From a virus (lineage: Duplodnaviria; Caudoviricetes), in the IMG/VR virus record IMGVR_UViG_3300007513_002695, positions 1 to 59,176 of that record: a stretch of DNA of 59,176 nucleotides, one strand, 5' to 3'. Of this stretch, positions 11,501 to 20,181 are shown piece by piece; the first letter of the stretch is position 1; every line of letters starts with the position of its first letter. The position numbers were made by a program, and so were the translations under genes. The notes beneath the pieces were generated by a model. The model was given only the letters and a program-made list of their open reading frames with translations. It made no database searches and had not been told where the DNA came from.

Positions 11501-12801
11501 TCGCGGCCCATGGACTTGCCAAAAAACCCTCTTAGTCTGTTGACAGGAGTAAACAGTCCAGTAAGCTTATATGTCTTGTTGTTGTATGTAAAAACTATCC
11601 CTTCAGTTGCACGCGTAAGTAGATCCTGATTAGATTCCATTCTCGCAAGAGCAACCCGGATGCCTTCGAGTGTCTTCTCGTCAGCAAGAATCTTTCCTTG
11701 ATCAAATGCTGACTGAGCATCTTTTATAAATCCTAGAAGATCTTCATGGTTTCCTGCTGTTAAAGCAAGATCCAGCTTATCAATAATTGTAACCCCGAGC
11801 CTCTGGATAATCTCTTCAAGGGGAATTATTGCTTCTTGCACAATTCTGGCTTTGCTTTTATCTAATGCCCTAAAAGTCTGATACTCTTCGGGAGTTATTT
11901 TCTTTTTTAACTTTAGCGCAATCTTTCCCTTTCCGGTCATAAATCGATCTGCAACGTCTGGAACGAGAGTTTTGGGTATGAAAGAATACTTCTTTTCAAG
12001 AAAGCTCTCAACTCGTGATTTGACATAGTCTCCAACAGTTGCACTCTTTACATCTAGGCCCGCTTCAGAGACAACTCTTTCAAGATCTTTTTCGAGATTT
12101 TCAATCTCTTCATCGTCGATCTCCAGTCCTTTCATTAGCTTTGCAGTTGGAACTTTATCCATAGTAAATGCTTCAGTAGACGCTTTTTTCATCTCTTCTT
12201 CAAATGCTGACAAGGCATCTCTACTGACATCTTCGTCTGTAAGGGGTATGGCTTTGACTGTTCGAAGGGAATCTGTATCATAAAGAATTGTATTGGGATT
12301 CTTAGAGACCATGATCTGCGAAGCTATGACAACCTCCCCATTTCTAAACAATGCATCTTGGTACGGAATAGCTACAGGTTCAAGTGCCTCGTATGCAATG
12401 GCAAATCCATCAGCAATGTTTGATCTGTCACCCACATAAGTAGTCATAATCTCCTCAAGGCTCATCCCGCCGCCCTTGGACTTTGACCTAATTGCTTCAA
12501 GGCGTTTCTCTTTTGCAGACTGACTTTGAAGATCCATTTTCGTAAAAAATCTTAACTGTCCGTCAACAACTGTAAATGCAAGAAATTGCCCATCCATCTT
12601 TTCCTGGACGTTCTCTAGCTTTCCTTCGAGAGCAAGTTTTCCAATTTCTATAATATCTGAAATTGGCATTGAAAGCTCTTCATATAAATTGTAGATATGT
12701 GCCTCTTCTCCCGGAGAAGATGAGGGTGTAGCTTCTTGAGACTCTAGTTTTACCTTATGGTAATATTCTTTAATGACGCTTGGCGGAATAATAATAGCCA
12801 T
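8518..12801 (-). CDS. multidomain polyprotein: KxDG ligase/adenylation-like domain, lysozyme-like domain, Pol-beta-type nucleotidyltransferase, PD-(D/E)XK nuclease-like domain
   Basis: EKMDGQ...TEGIVF..YKLTG; GTVGIGHF; AGST..EIGDVDLVV...QVDLF; GYEYE...SDIYI...GIEIKL; linkers rich in LxE and LRxxIR. Confidence 0.65.
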   Translation of the reverse strand: MAIIIPPSVIKEYYHKVKLESQEATPSSSPGEEAHIYNLYEELSMPISDIIEIGKLALEGKLENVQEKMDGQFLAFTVVDGQLRFFTKMDLQSQSAKEKRLEAIRSKSKGGGMSLEEIMTTYVGDRSNIADGFAIAYEALEPVAIPYQDALFRNGEVVIASQIMVSKNPNTILYDTDSLRTVKAIPLTDEDVSRDALSAFEEEMKKASTEAFTMDKVPTAKLMKGLEIDDEEIENLEKDLERVVSEAGLDVKSATVGDYVKSRVESFLEKKYSFIPKTLVPDVADRFMTGKGKIALKLKKKITPEEYQTFRALDKSKARIVQEAIIPLEEIIQRLGVTIIDKLDLALTAGNHEDLLGFIKDAQSAFDQGKILADEKTLEGIRVALARMESNQDLLTRATEGIVFTYNNKTYKLTGLFTPVNRLRGFFGKSMGREGFGKASLPGSDPQEEDVEEMLNEIIQHTVLSLSEAVDLEADSSSDADYSPEVVATGDVSGFDRNLALKILAKVIAKCPDADCIRGEAPLVSGKRWDDVFPLDGGTVGIGHFASDGLPKLYDVMTDDDVRETGMTVAELKSIDCKSKHCYNNIPGWKESMKRFASNRANQGKQLKAWLNVTALPAEDEIRGFGEKGKRWQTDRGRAIAYGIANSMGGPAMGRLAKRNKLDPEKSLKDYRSRSNHNNNRAEKIDKYFPVLSERLVIEGGNAFRPRDERGRPTGPPVTTDERISRQVADKITSEVERNVLQPLGLDYLPAGSTATNKKEIGDVDLVVSEPDLPTLVAGLNGLPYLRDELVSGIPRVMKLPGGQAATIMIDLDGRYYQVDLFKSRSIEDTAWELSGGGEGEVKGEYHKLMLSLLAKIKGERESSPDKVIKYTVAFPGGWRERIGGKENLEGRIIDPDNYLPLIGITVPKDTVRTFNQLVDYMLESNADEFREALDRFETYIGNRLGSKSERVRSAAQEAVEYIKSKRIESVSENSLRKMIRTVLFEEEEDVSVDIEIGKDTLISPEEEEEEETGPEADEFNSAKTWKAKTKVIQKILSSNEFLGSDFEKSIGGSATLGLMRFGIKSGSQDKHDFSLLMNNLYDILSPGHAGQVRELAPLEGKNTSGSYTAYYLVDSNLLILFGIAGVTGGQRKAGYEYELASLKQLEDSGAAVSGGEDNSVSDIYIPTVDINEKGLPEKLGIEIKLPNAQAGEPTLAYDFDKGEFLATNPKPQNQDIANLINADPSRKKVKKRLEKVRKAINSYRANSPTPKIESMLRKISRDEYVDIVQPVLNDNPITVGDREIKGALLAVYKVSAEILRKYYMLKKAGLVQVKGKGLFHLHPDYKITVGNDRSTKIFDFPDALGSVYFRNFRGGNYGIRSQLTGNPLKKLVTSGIDLDNEADRKDFIKMVKKSSFPDPKAVVKSLEASEEENISEALRRMIREII

Positions 12802-12802
12802 T

Positions 12803-13648
12803 TTATCCTCTTATAATCCCTCTAATGTAGGCTCTAAGATAAACTTCGTCTTGTCTAGAAGGCTGTGTGTCATCTTTAAACCCCAAGAGTATTTGAACAA
12901 TTTGATCTTTTTCATCGCTATTGAGAAACGGCGGGAGGTATCTCTTAGCTTCTTCGGCTGTCTCAATAGAAGATGCTAGATCTCTAACACGAGTACCTCT
13001 AATTGTCTGCCTTGAGACAACCTCGTCGTCCTCAAGATCCTCACCTTTACTAGCATAAAAATCTTTTAGTGCCTCTTGAGCCTCCACCTCGCCTTGCGCC
13101 ATTAGCTGATCAAGCTTCTCAGTGTAGTCATCGGGACTAGTCGGAACAGCACCCCCAAATTGAATTTTACCTATCTGAACATGATCTTTGAACTTTGGGC
13201 TTCTCATGTATGGGCGCATCGAGTTGGCGTCTCCGTAGATTGTTACCTTTTCTATCTCACCGGGATCAGAAACAAAGTCCTCTAGTGTCTTGAAGATCGC
13301 TGTAACGGGTGCACGAATCGATACCAGATTCCCCTGCTCATCTTTTGCCTGACTTTGAATGAGAAATACCTCAACCTCCGGGATTCTCTCTAGAGCAGTT
13401 TTATATATGTTAAAAATACTTTGAGCAACCTGCTCATCATATGTTCGCCCTGAATCGCCGATTCCTCTAAACTTTTGTCCCGACTTTAAGGGCTGGCCCT
13501 TCTTTCCATACCGAGTCGGTTCGAGCTGCTGCATACCATAAAACAGGTACACCTTGTCGTTATCTCTGATAGCATCTGCTAATTTTGCAAAGTGACCTGT
13601 CGTAAAGGGTTTAAACCCGCCACCGTATAGTCCTAGTTTTGTACCCAC
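12803..13648 (-). CDS. HxGH-family (cytidylyltransferase-like) nucleotidyltransferase
   Basis: LYGGGFKPFTTGH and C-terminal TIRGTRVR (ISxTxxR-like); ends EVYLRAYIRGII. Confidence 0.75.
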   Translation of the reverse strand: MGTKLGLYGGGFKPFTTGHFAKLADAIRDNDKVYLFYGMQQLEPTRYGKKGQPLKSGQKFRGIGDSGRTYDEQVAQSIFNIYKTALERIPEVEVFLIQSQAKDEQGNLVSIRAPVTAIFKTLEDFVSDPGEIEKVTIYGDANSMRPYMRSPKFKDHVQIGKIQFGGAVPTSPDDYTEKLDQLMAQGEVEAQEALKDFYASKGEDLEDDEVVSRQTIRGTRVRDLASSIETAEEAKRYLPPFLNSDEKDQIVQILLGFKDDTQPSRQDEVYLRAYIRGIIRG

Positions 13649-13667
13649 AGAAACGGCCTCCTATATC

Positions 13668-13674
13668 TAATTAT
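13668..13674 (-). promoter_or_regulatory. putative late promoter ATAATTA
   Basis: ATAnTTA upstream of SD AGGAGG and the GTG start of 12803..13648. Confidence 0.5.
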
Positions 13675-13701
13675 TCACAAAAAATGCAGGTTTACAGGAA
13701 T

Positions 13702-14001
13702 CTAGCAGTCTATTTCTTTAATAAGGCCCGTGCTTATTCCTCGGTTGTAAGCCTTCTTTCTAAGATGCCGCAAACTCTCCATGCACCGAGTGATTCTATC
13801 CTGCTCTTTTCTATCTGATCTTGACAACTGTTTTCTAATAATCTTTAATTCATTGAGAACCTGATCATAAGATTCTACATGTGCCTGTGAACCGTCTTCG
13901 ACTTCTGATCCCTCGAATGTTAAAAACTTCTTTTTACTTTTCGATGTGGATTCTTTTATGAGCTGAAGAAGGGTTTTGATTTTGTTATCGAAAGTCTTCA
14001 T
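13702..14001 (-). CDS. hypothetical protein
   Basis: 99-aa ORF in a tightly packed operon. Confidence 0.65.
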   Translation of the reverse strand: MKTFDNKIKTLLQLIKESTSKSKKKFLTFEGSEVEDGSQAHVESYDQVLNELKIIRKQLSRSDRKEQDRITRCMESLRHLRKKAYNRGISTGLIKEIDC

Positions 14002-14003
14002 CT

Positions 14004-14222
14004 CTAAAACTCTGTGGGCATGGGTTCATCGACGTACACAGCATCTTCTGTGTTATCAAGTGAAGATCTAAAGCTTTTAAAAACAAATTCTTTAATATCA
14101 TCATCTGTTACCGTTTTATCCTCAGGGATCTTTAGTTGCTCTCTAACTACTTTTAAAAAATCTGACTTATATTCTATCTCTAGAAAATTATCATTAGCAA
14201 TTTGTATTTTTTTCTTTTCCAT
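14004..14222 (-). CDS. hypothetical protein
   Basis: 72-aa ORF with TAATG stop/start overlap. Confidence 0.65.
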   Translation of the reverse strand: MEKKKIQIANDNFLEIEYKSDFLKVVREQLKIPEDKTVTDDDIKEFVFKSFRSSLDNTEDAVYVDEPMPTEF

Positions 14223-14932
14223 TACGCTCTCATAAGATCTAGGACTTTTTGTCTTAATGCTTCTTTCATCTGAGATCCAACCTGAATAGGGGGTCTTGTG
14301 TCTTCTTCACCGGGGGATCTTGACGAAGCCGGAGATTGTCGATCTGAGTTTTGACTAGAAGCCTTCTGGCTTGAAGAATCATCCGGAGACGATTTTTTAG
14401 AATCTCTAGAAACACTAATAGAGGTCGGAGGATCACTCGGATCCTGGGGTGCCTGACCCGTCTTATTCATAATATTTGCTACTGATAAAAAGAATGTATA
14501 CATAAGCTCTCGCTCCTCATCGCTAAGATCACTCATGATATACTGCTCCAAAGGCTCAGCAACCTCACTATCTCGGGTAGAATCTCCGGCTCGAATCTGA
14601 TTAATTATATTTCTAATTGAATAATAGTTAATTTCCTCTTTGCTGCTTTCCGACTCTTCAGGCTCAGCTTGTGGCTGTGGATCGTCCTGGTCGGTTTCAC
14701 CCTGATCAGATCCAGCAGAAGGAGTCGGCTCATCCTCGAACTCATCATCTTCCTCTGCTTCATCAAACCTGCCTTTATCACTTTTAATCTTAGCAGTAAT
14801 CTTTTTCTGATATGCGCTGTCTCCCGAATCACTCTCAAGAAGATGGCGCCTTGAGCTAGCAACACTTTCTTCGGCAAGTATTTTTAAAAACGACTCAAGA
14901 CCCGATGCTGTATCTATTTTAATATCAGTCAC
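14222..14932 (-). CDS. acidic hypothetical protein (C-terminal MKEALRQKV tag)
   Basis: Start placed at GTG 14932, overlapping the TGA of the upstream small ORF; D/E/S-rich. Confidence 0.65.
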   Translation of the reverse strand: MTDIKIDTASGLESFLKILAEESVASSRRHLLESDSGDSAYQKKITAKIKSDKGRFDEAEEDDEFEDEPTPSAGSDQGETDQDDPQPQAEPEESESSKEEINYYSIRNIINQIRAGDSTRDSEVAEPLEQYIMSDLSDEERELMYTFFLSVANIMNKTGQAPQDPSDPPTSISVSRDSKKSSPDDSSSQKASSQNSDRQSPASSRSPGEEDTRPPIQVGSQMKEALRQKVLDLMRA

Positions 14933-15102
14933 TTTTTTCTCCAATCAAATCTTACAGAGTTTTGCCATTTTTCTCTATATCGCTTATTATAAACTCTCTG
15001 TGGAAGCTCTTCTTTTTCATGAACTTTTTCTCTATTTGATTTTTCATTCATTACTTCTCTCTTGACAATATCTTTTACAAATTTATCAAACTTAAATTTC
15101 AT
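14929..15102 (-). CDS. small hypothetical protein (57 aa, not in the ORF track)
   Basis: MKFKFDKFVKDIVKREVMNEK...KWQNSVRFDWRKK*; SD AGAGGG and ATATTTA (15122..15128) upstream; GTGA overlap with next gene. Confidence 0.6.
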   Translation of the reverse strand: MKFKFDKFVKDIVKREVMNEKSNREKVHEKEELPQRVYNKRYREKWQNSVRFDWRKK

Positions 15103-15136
15103 ATTCAAAACCCTCTACTATTAAATATCACTGACT

Positions 15137-15532
15137 TTAGGAAATAGTCAAAGCTACAGTGTGAAAATCCCCGGAAGAAAACTTTACAACAAAACTAGAA
15201 ATTATTTCAACGCCCTTTCGAGAAAATATCTTGTTTTCTCCAAACCTTATATTTAACTCTGAGAAGCGAGAATTTGAAAGTAGAGAGGAAATAAGCTCAT
15301 CTGATGAATTTAAAACTACTATAATTGAATTGTCTGGATTCTTTTCTATTTTAGTTATCCTAGACACATGCTCTTTCTTGGAGTCCTCAAGCAAATGACA
15401 AAAATATTCAGAAACAGATACTCTCTTATCTAGAGAAAAAGACATGGGATCTATAATCCCTGCTATGTCTTCACTTACTATAAATCGTTCTGAATTATTG
15501 AAATCTTTCATCATCAACGCCGTCTGCAGCAT
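15137..15532 (-). CDS. hypothetical protein
   Basis: 131-aa ORF on the coding strand. Confidence 0.6.
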   Translation of the reverse strand: MLQTALMMKDFNNSERFIVSEDIAGIIDPMSFSLDKRVSVSEYFCHLLEDSKKEHVSRITKIEKNPDNSIIVVLNSSDELISSLLSNSRFSELNIRFGENKIFSRKGVEIISSFVVKFSSGDFHTVALTIS

Positions 15533-15908
15533 AATAATAATCTACATCTTCATATACAAGATCTGCATACTCAGCAAGATTTTTATCTAGCTCTGTCACA
15601 GAGTTTAAATCCTGGGTAGTTGATTCTATTTTAACACTAAGGTGATCAATTGTAATAGTTGCATGATGCCTTATTTTCTCCTGATATATAAGCATGTCTG
15701 AAACAAAATCATACATTTTTCTAAAATCATTAAAAATGAAAGTCCTGGCAAGCCTGTCAGGATCTCTCAAGACTTCCCATCTAGAAGAGAGCGGATCAAT
15801 CGGGAGTGACTGAGACTCTTTGATAATTCTAGAAGAAATCCTTTTATCAGAAACGGAACTGACAGAGGCTGCGTTTTTTGCCTCAATGTCGAACTCTATT
15901 AATTTCAC
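15495..15908 (-). CDS. pterin-4-alpha-carbinolamine dehydratase family protein
   Basis: W....LARTFIFNDF....FV......EKIRHHATI......V...TT.D...VTELD..LA pattern of PCD/PhhB. Confidence 0.75.
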   Translation of the reverse strand: MKLIEFDIEAKNAASVSSVSDKRISSRIIKESQSLPIDPLSSRWEVLRDPDRLARTFIFNDFRKMYDFVSDMLIYQEKIRHHATITIDHLSVKIESTTQDLNSVTELDKNLAEYADLVYEDVDYYYAADGVDDERFQ

Positions 15909-15912
15909 TTTA

Positions 15913-17817
15913 TTACTTTCCTTTCTGATTTTCGGATTTTAACTTGGCAATATATCTATCTCTTCTCTTTGGAGCCTTGCTCAGAGCCCTTCCGATCACA
16001 TCAAATATCCTCTTTTGAGACCGGGGTGTGTCTTTCTTAAAGGAGTCATACATTCTAACCTGACCTTTTATAAATTCATCGAAATCTTCTCGGGCATCGA
16101 GCGTTCCAAATACATCGTGATTATCTTCAAAATCTTTTATAATCATCTTCAATCCACCCTTCGCCTTGACATCTTCAGGTACAATGTGATCTTTTGCCAT
16201 AATATCAATAAACTCTTGAATAGCTTCATAGGCAGATCTTGTATCTCTAAATGTGGTGCTATCTACGTCAGTATCTTCAGAAGGAAGACCCACGACAGAT
16301 TGTAATCTCTGATAGCCTTCGAGTCCTGGCTGATATAGTCCAGACGGTCCCAGTAGTTTATCTTCAAGGTCAGATGCTATGGGATCTTCTGCATCAATCC
16401 TGTCTTTTAAAAATATACCTAGATTGTGCATAAAGACGTCGTAGAGCTTTGTTACAACCTCTTCTTCAGCTCTGACTTTTAATGGATCATAAATTAATGG
16501 AATATTTTTCCTTCCCCTCGGCATTCTTCGGAGACCAAAGATCTTTCTTAAAACCTCATTATCCATTCCGCTGGCTTTCAAATCTTCATAGAAGATATTT
16601 CTAACATCACCTACTGACTGACCTGTCTCTTCAGATATTTTTTCTATAAAGGCGCGAATTGCCTCTTGGCTAAAGTTGAGCTTACCCGGCTCATATTCTG
16701 AAGCAAGGGTTTCCTCGCGGATCATTTTTCTTATAGCTTCAACCTCAGCTTTTGACAACCCTTCTTCATCAGACTCAGATTCAACATCTTCTTCAGAAGT
16801 TGATTGAGTCTCTATCTCTTTGATTGCATCTTGCTTAGCATCTTCAATAAACTCAAGCATTTTTTCTACTGTGACGCTATAGGTTCCTAGCTCAGCTATC
16901 TTAAATGTGAATTCATCCTCAGGACTCTTGCCTGAAAGCTGTTTGGAATCTTTGGTTATGTAGACATTAATTCGGTTTTTGAATTTTTCAATATCACCCT
17001 CAGCGGCTTTCATTTCTGTGTCAATCAATATGTTAGAAAACATCTCAGCTGCAAGATCATCGTCAACCTTTTCCTCTTTTCCTAGATAGCCGAGGAGATC
17101 TTCCCTGACCATAGTTATAAAAATTGACTCATTGATATTAAGCTCTGATATTGCCGCTTCAATCGCCCTGGCTATGTCCTCTCTTTCAAATGCCCTGTTC
17201 AAAACATACATAACAGCGGCCTGACTAGCCACAACCTTCATCGGTCGCTTGTCACCGGTTTTAAAATCAAGAACATCTGCCCCGGGTAACTCAACGAGAT
17301 GAAGCTTAGACTTAATTATCATGTCAACTATGTCATCAACTTTTCTTGAAATGTGATATTCCCTGCCTTTCTCATCTGGTAAATCTTCATCAGAAAGATC
17401 TACATCTTCCTCAGAATCAACTTCTTCGGTCCCGTCAGAGCTCTCAGCTAAAGCTTTTAAAAATCCAAGCAGTGCTGATTCAGAAATTCTATTTTTACTA
17501 TCTTGCTTATCAAGAGACATGTCTAGAAGCTTGTGAAGACCTTGATAAAAATATTGAACCTGATCATTGGGAACTTCATCGATAATAGCCCTTGCTGCTG
17601 TGGCAAGACTTGGCTTAGAAGTCGGAGAGTAATCAGGATCTTCAACCGGAGGTTTTTCTGAAGCGAGCTGTGTAGCCATCTCAGGTGTTGGATCTATTGG
17701 AAATTCATCATCCTTCGCAGGAATCTCCGCCATATCACCGGAATGATATGTTCTATTTTCTGATGTTAGCTTTTCTATTAAACCTATCAAAGCTGATTTT
17801 TTGACAACTACGCTCAT
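15913..17817 (-). CDS. large acidic hypothetical protein, probably virion-associated
   Basis: Start moved to ATG 17817 (SD TGGAGG); ATATTTA at 17834..17840; tags KKSALIGLIE, ISESALLGFL, IRKMIREE. Confidence 0.65.
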   Translation of the reverse strand: MSVVVKKSALIGLIEKLTSENRTYHSGDMAEIPAKDDEFPIDPTPEMATQLASEKPPVEDPDYSPTSKPSLATAARAIIDEVPNDQVQYFYQGLHKLLDMSLDKQDSKNRISESALLGFLKALAESSDGTEEVDSEEDVDLSDEDLPDEKGREYHISRKVDDIVDMIIKSKLHLVELPGADVLDFKTGDKRPMKVVASQAAVMYVLNRAFEREDIARAIEAAISELNINESIFITMVREDLLGYLGKEEKVDDDLAAEMFSNILIDTEMKAAEGDIEKFKNRINVYITKDSKQLSGKSPEDEFTFKIAELGTYSVTVEKMLEFIEDAKQDAIKEIETQSTSEEDVESESDEEGLSKAEVEAIRKMIREETLASEYEPGKLNFSQEAIRAFIEKISEETGQSVGDVRNIFYEDLKASGMDNEVLRKIFGLRRMPRGRKNIPLIYDPLKVRAEEEVVTKLYDVFMHNLGIFLKDRIDAEDPIASDLEDKLLGPSGLYQPGLEGYQRLQSVVGLPSEDTDVDSTTFRDTRSAYEAIQEFIDIMAKDHIVPEDVKAKGGLKMIIKDFEDNHDVFGTLDAREDFDEFIKGQVRMYDSFKKDTPRSQKRIFDVIGRALSKAPKRRDRYIAKLKSENQKGK

Positions 17818-17855
17818 CAAGCCCTCCAATCAATAAATATGGTGCTTAGGACAAA

Positions 17856-18353
17856 TTAATTATTTGCTATCTGACCATATGACCATGCTGCACCCATTCC
17901 CAACAAGAGTCCCGAAGCAATCCCGATGACTAACCATAGTTCATTGTTAGGGTTGGCGGATCTTTGAAGCTGTTGATCCAAAAAATCTATGTGATTATCT
18001 TTTAAAGAAGTAACTTGATCATATCTCAAATTCGAAGCATCGAGAGATGAATTGAGATTATCAATATCAAGCTGAAACCTTGCAGATGAAATTTCTAGCT
18101 CCCTGTCTATTCTAACCTGACACGATTCATTTGAAAGTTGAATTTCAGCGAGAAGCTTTGCTGCAGCTTCTGTACTAAAAAGAGTCCCGTCAAAGGGTGC
18201 CGCTTCCCCTTCCAAAATGGAGGTTACAACTTCATTTTCTACAGTATCAGCATGAGCAACGGGAAAAAAGATAAGCGTAAAGCTTATCATAAAAGACATA
18301 GAATAATTTAAAATTTTACTTAACATGAACTTCAAACCCGAGCTCTTTCGCAA
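17856..18353 (-). CDS. exported coiled-coil protein with C-terminal TM (possible spanin-like component)
   Basis: Signal peptide ending AHA, coiled coil, C-terminal LWLVIGIASGLLLGMGAAW. Confidence 0.5.
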   Translation of the reverse strand: MRKSSGLKFMLSKILNYSMSFMISFTLIFFPVAHADTVENEVVTSILEGEAAPFDGTLFSTEAAAKLLAEIQLSNESCQVRIDRELEISSARFQLDIDNLNSSLDASNLRYDQVTSLKDNHIDFLDQQLQRSANPNNELWLVIGIASGLLLGMGAAWSYGQIANN

Positions 18354-18741
18354 GCTCTCTTGTTATTGCATCAGGATCCTCAGAGTTAGAGTCTATAATC
18401 TCCCTAACTCTCTCTCTTTTTCTCTCATCGAGAATCTCTTCCTTCTCTGCATATTTTTCTTCAGCCAGCCTAATAGCTTCATGATATCTCGTGATAGCTT
18501 TGTCTCTCTTTTCTATTTCTTCTGTATGAGACTGTTCTATGGCTTCTATTTGGGATTTATAATTCTCCTTTTTTTCTGATATAACTTTAGAAAGATCTGT
18601 TCGTTTTCTCGTTAAGAGAAAGACAACAGCACTAATGGAAACTACTAGAACTATGTGTCCATTAACTTTTACCCAGGCCCAGAACTTTTTTAAATAAGTG
18701 GGTACCTTTTTCATGAATTCAGAAAGAGCCAGGGTCCACAT
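18316..18741 (-). CDS. N-terminal TM plus coiled-coil protein (i-spanin/Rz-like)
   Basis: IVLVVSISAVVFLL followed by a charged coiled coil; overlaps the next gene; follows a holin-like gene. Confidence 0.5.
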   Translation of the reverse strand: MWTLALSEFMKKVPTYLKKFWAWVKVNGHIVLVVSISAVVFLLTRKRTDLSKVISEKKENYKSQIEAIEQSHTEEIEKRDKAITRYHEAIRLAEEKYAEKEEILDERKRERVREIIDSNSEDPDAITRELAKELGFEVHVK

Positions 18742-18743
18742 TT

Positions 18744-18959
18744 TTATGACCCGTGTCTAAATATTTTCATAGCATCAACAGCAGCCTGAGATCCGATATA
18801 TACTATTGCTATCATCCCCCAGGTCTCAGAATCTAAAAGAGAGTTAGACATAAGGCCTGTGGCAGTCAAAAAAACAAGAAGCTTTCTAGAAATAAGCTTT
18901 TCCATAATCGTATCCAATCTTGAATTTTTTGACTGGATTGCTTTCGGGTGTTCGGACAT
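18744..18959 (-). CDS. putative holin
   Basis: 71 aa, KLISRKLL followed by two hydrophobic segments, YIGSQAAVD; SD AGGAGG. Confidence 0.6.
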   Translation of the reverse strand: MSEHPKAIQSKNSRLDTIMEKLISRKLLVFLTATGLMSNSLLDSETWGMIAIVYIGSQAAVDAMKIFRHGS

Positions 18960-18985
18960 GTTATGCCTCCTATGCTAACATAATG

Positions 18986-19270
18986 TTAATTTATCAAATC
19001 GTCGTCATCTGACGAAGAAGAAAGAAACCTTATGGTAGCTTTTTTCGGGGTGGAAAATTTTCTCAATGCATCAGAGATTGCAAAGCACTCAGCAGCTAGG
19101 TCAGATTGCATTGTTGATAAATATAATATCATTGCCCTTTGATCATCTACTGTCTTAGAAAGAATATTAATTTCTTCTCGCAAAGAATCCAGTGTGCCGG
19201 AAAGCTCTGTGTATTTATCACTCTCATCTTCTGGTTTAAAAGGTAAAAATATATTTCTAAAGATACTCAC
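18986..19270 (-). CDS. hypothetical coiled-coil protein
   Basis: 94-aa ORF with GTGA overlap. Confidence 0.6.
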   Translation of the reverse strand: MSIFRNIFLPFKPEDESDKYTELSGTLDSLREEINILSKTVDDQRAMILYLSTMQSDLAAECFAISDALRKFSTPKKATIRFLSSSSDDDDLIN

Positions 19271-19569
19271 TTATCACCTGCCATTGGGTTTTCATTTTCT
19301 ATTATACTAAAAAGAGACTCGGCGTCATCTTTAGATAAGCTTTTTATAACTTTTTCTCTCTTTTTTCTAGAGAGTTCTTCCATAATCTTTACAACATCAG
19401 GAGACTCAGAGGCTATTTTTTGACCAAATTCTTCAAAAAGCTCCTGCATAGAAAGCTTATGCTTAAAGCAATTTATCCTAACCTGGGCATGGGCATCTCT
19501 GGTCATATTAAAATGAACAGTTTTCTTAGTTTCAAAATCCAGAAGAGTTTTCTTCTTACCAGCCAACAC
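19267..19569 (-). CDS. hypothetical protein, possible ribbon-helix-helix DNA-binding fold
   Basis: KKTVHFNMTRDAHAQVR..C.KHKLSMQELFEE strand-helix-helix pattern. Confidence 0.5.
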   Translation of the reverse strand: MLAGKKKTLLDFETKKTVHFNMTRDAHAQVRINCFKHKLSMQELFEEFGQKIASESPDVVKIMEELSRKKREKVIKSLSKDDAESLFSIIENENPMAGDK

Positions 19570-20180
19570 TAACCTCCCCCTCCGAGTCCGCCTCCTGGGC
19601 CACCCGCACCAACAGCGAGTGGCGGCTCTGGAATCTCAGGAGGTCCATCGAGATTGAAGTCAAATTGATTGTCAAGTATTTCCTTAAATTCATCAATCTC
19701 CTCCTTTTCATAGTTTTCTTCCAAAAATGCTATTGCTCTATTTACTACAACAGTTTTAACATCTAGTAAAACTTCATAATTTTTTGCCAATCTAGCGACC
19801 CTGTTAGTAAACGCATCCATGTCAATATTTGGTTTTTCTCTTTTTTCTACACCCGGATCTTCGGTCTCTGCCGCTTCGGGGGTCTCGTCGTCAGCTGGGG
19901 GTTCGGGATCTGCCTCTTCTTCGTCTTCCCCTTCAGGATCATCTTGCTCAAGTAAAATATGAGACATGGTAAGACTATTTAGGGATTCAGCAAGAGGATC
20001 AGGCTCTTTGAGGGAATAAGATTCAAAATCAATTATCATTGAATCTATTTGATCATCAACAGAATCAACTGCAAGCCTAGTTGCACCTGTATCATTTTCC
20101 AGGCTGTCAATTTGCTCAAGCTCGTCTGAAGCTTCGTTTATTAATTTTCTTAACTCGCTTATCGTTATTTTCCTCGTCAT
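19569..20180 (-). CDS. acidic hypothetical protein (N-terminal ITISELRKLINE tag)
   Basis: 203-aa ORF with SD GAGAGGA; Gly-rich C-terminus. Confidence 0.65.
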   Translation of the reverse strand: MTRKITISELRKLINEASDELEQIDSLENDTGATRLAVDSVDDQIDSMIIDFESYSLKEPDPLAESLNSLTMSHILLEQDDPEGEDEEEADPEPPADDETPEAAETEDPGVEKREKPNIDMDAFTNRVARLAKNYEVLLDVKTVVVNRAIAFLEENYEKEEIDEFKEILDNQFDFNLDGPPEIPEPPLAVGAGGPGGGLGGGG

Positions 20181-20181
20181 T

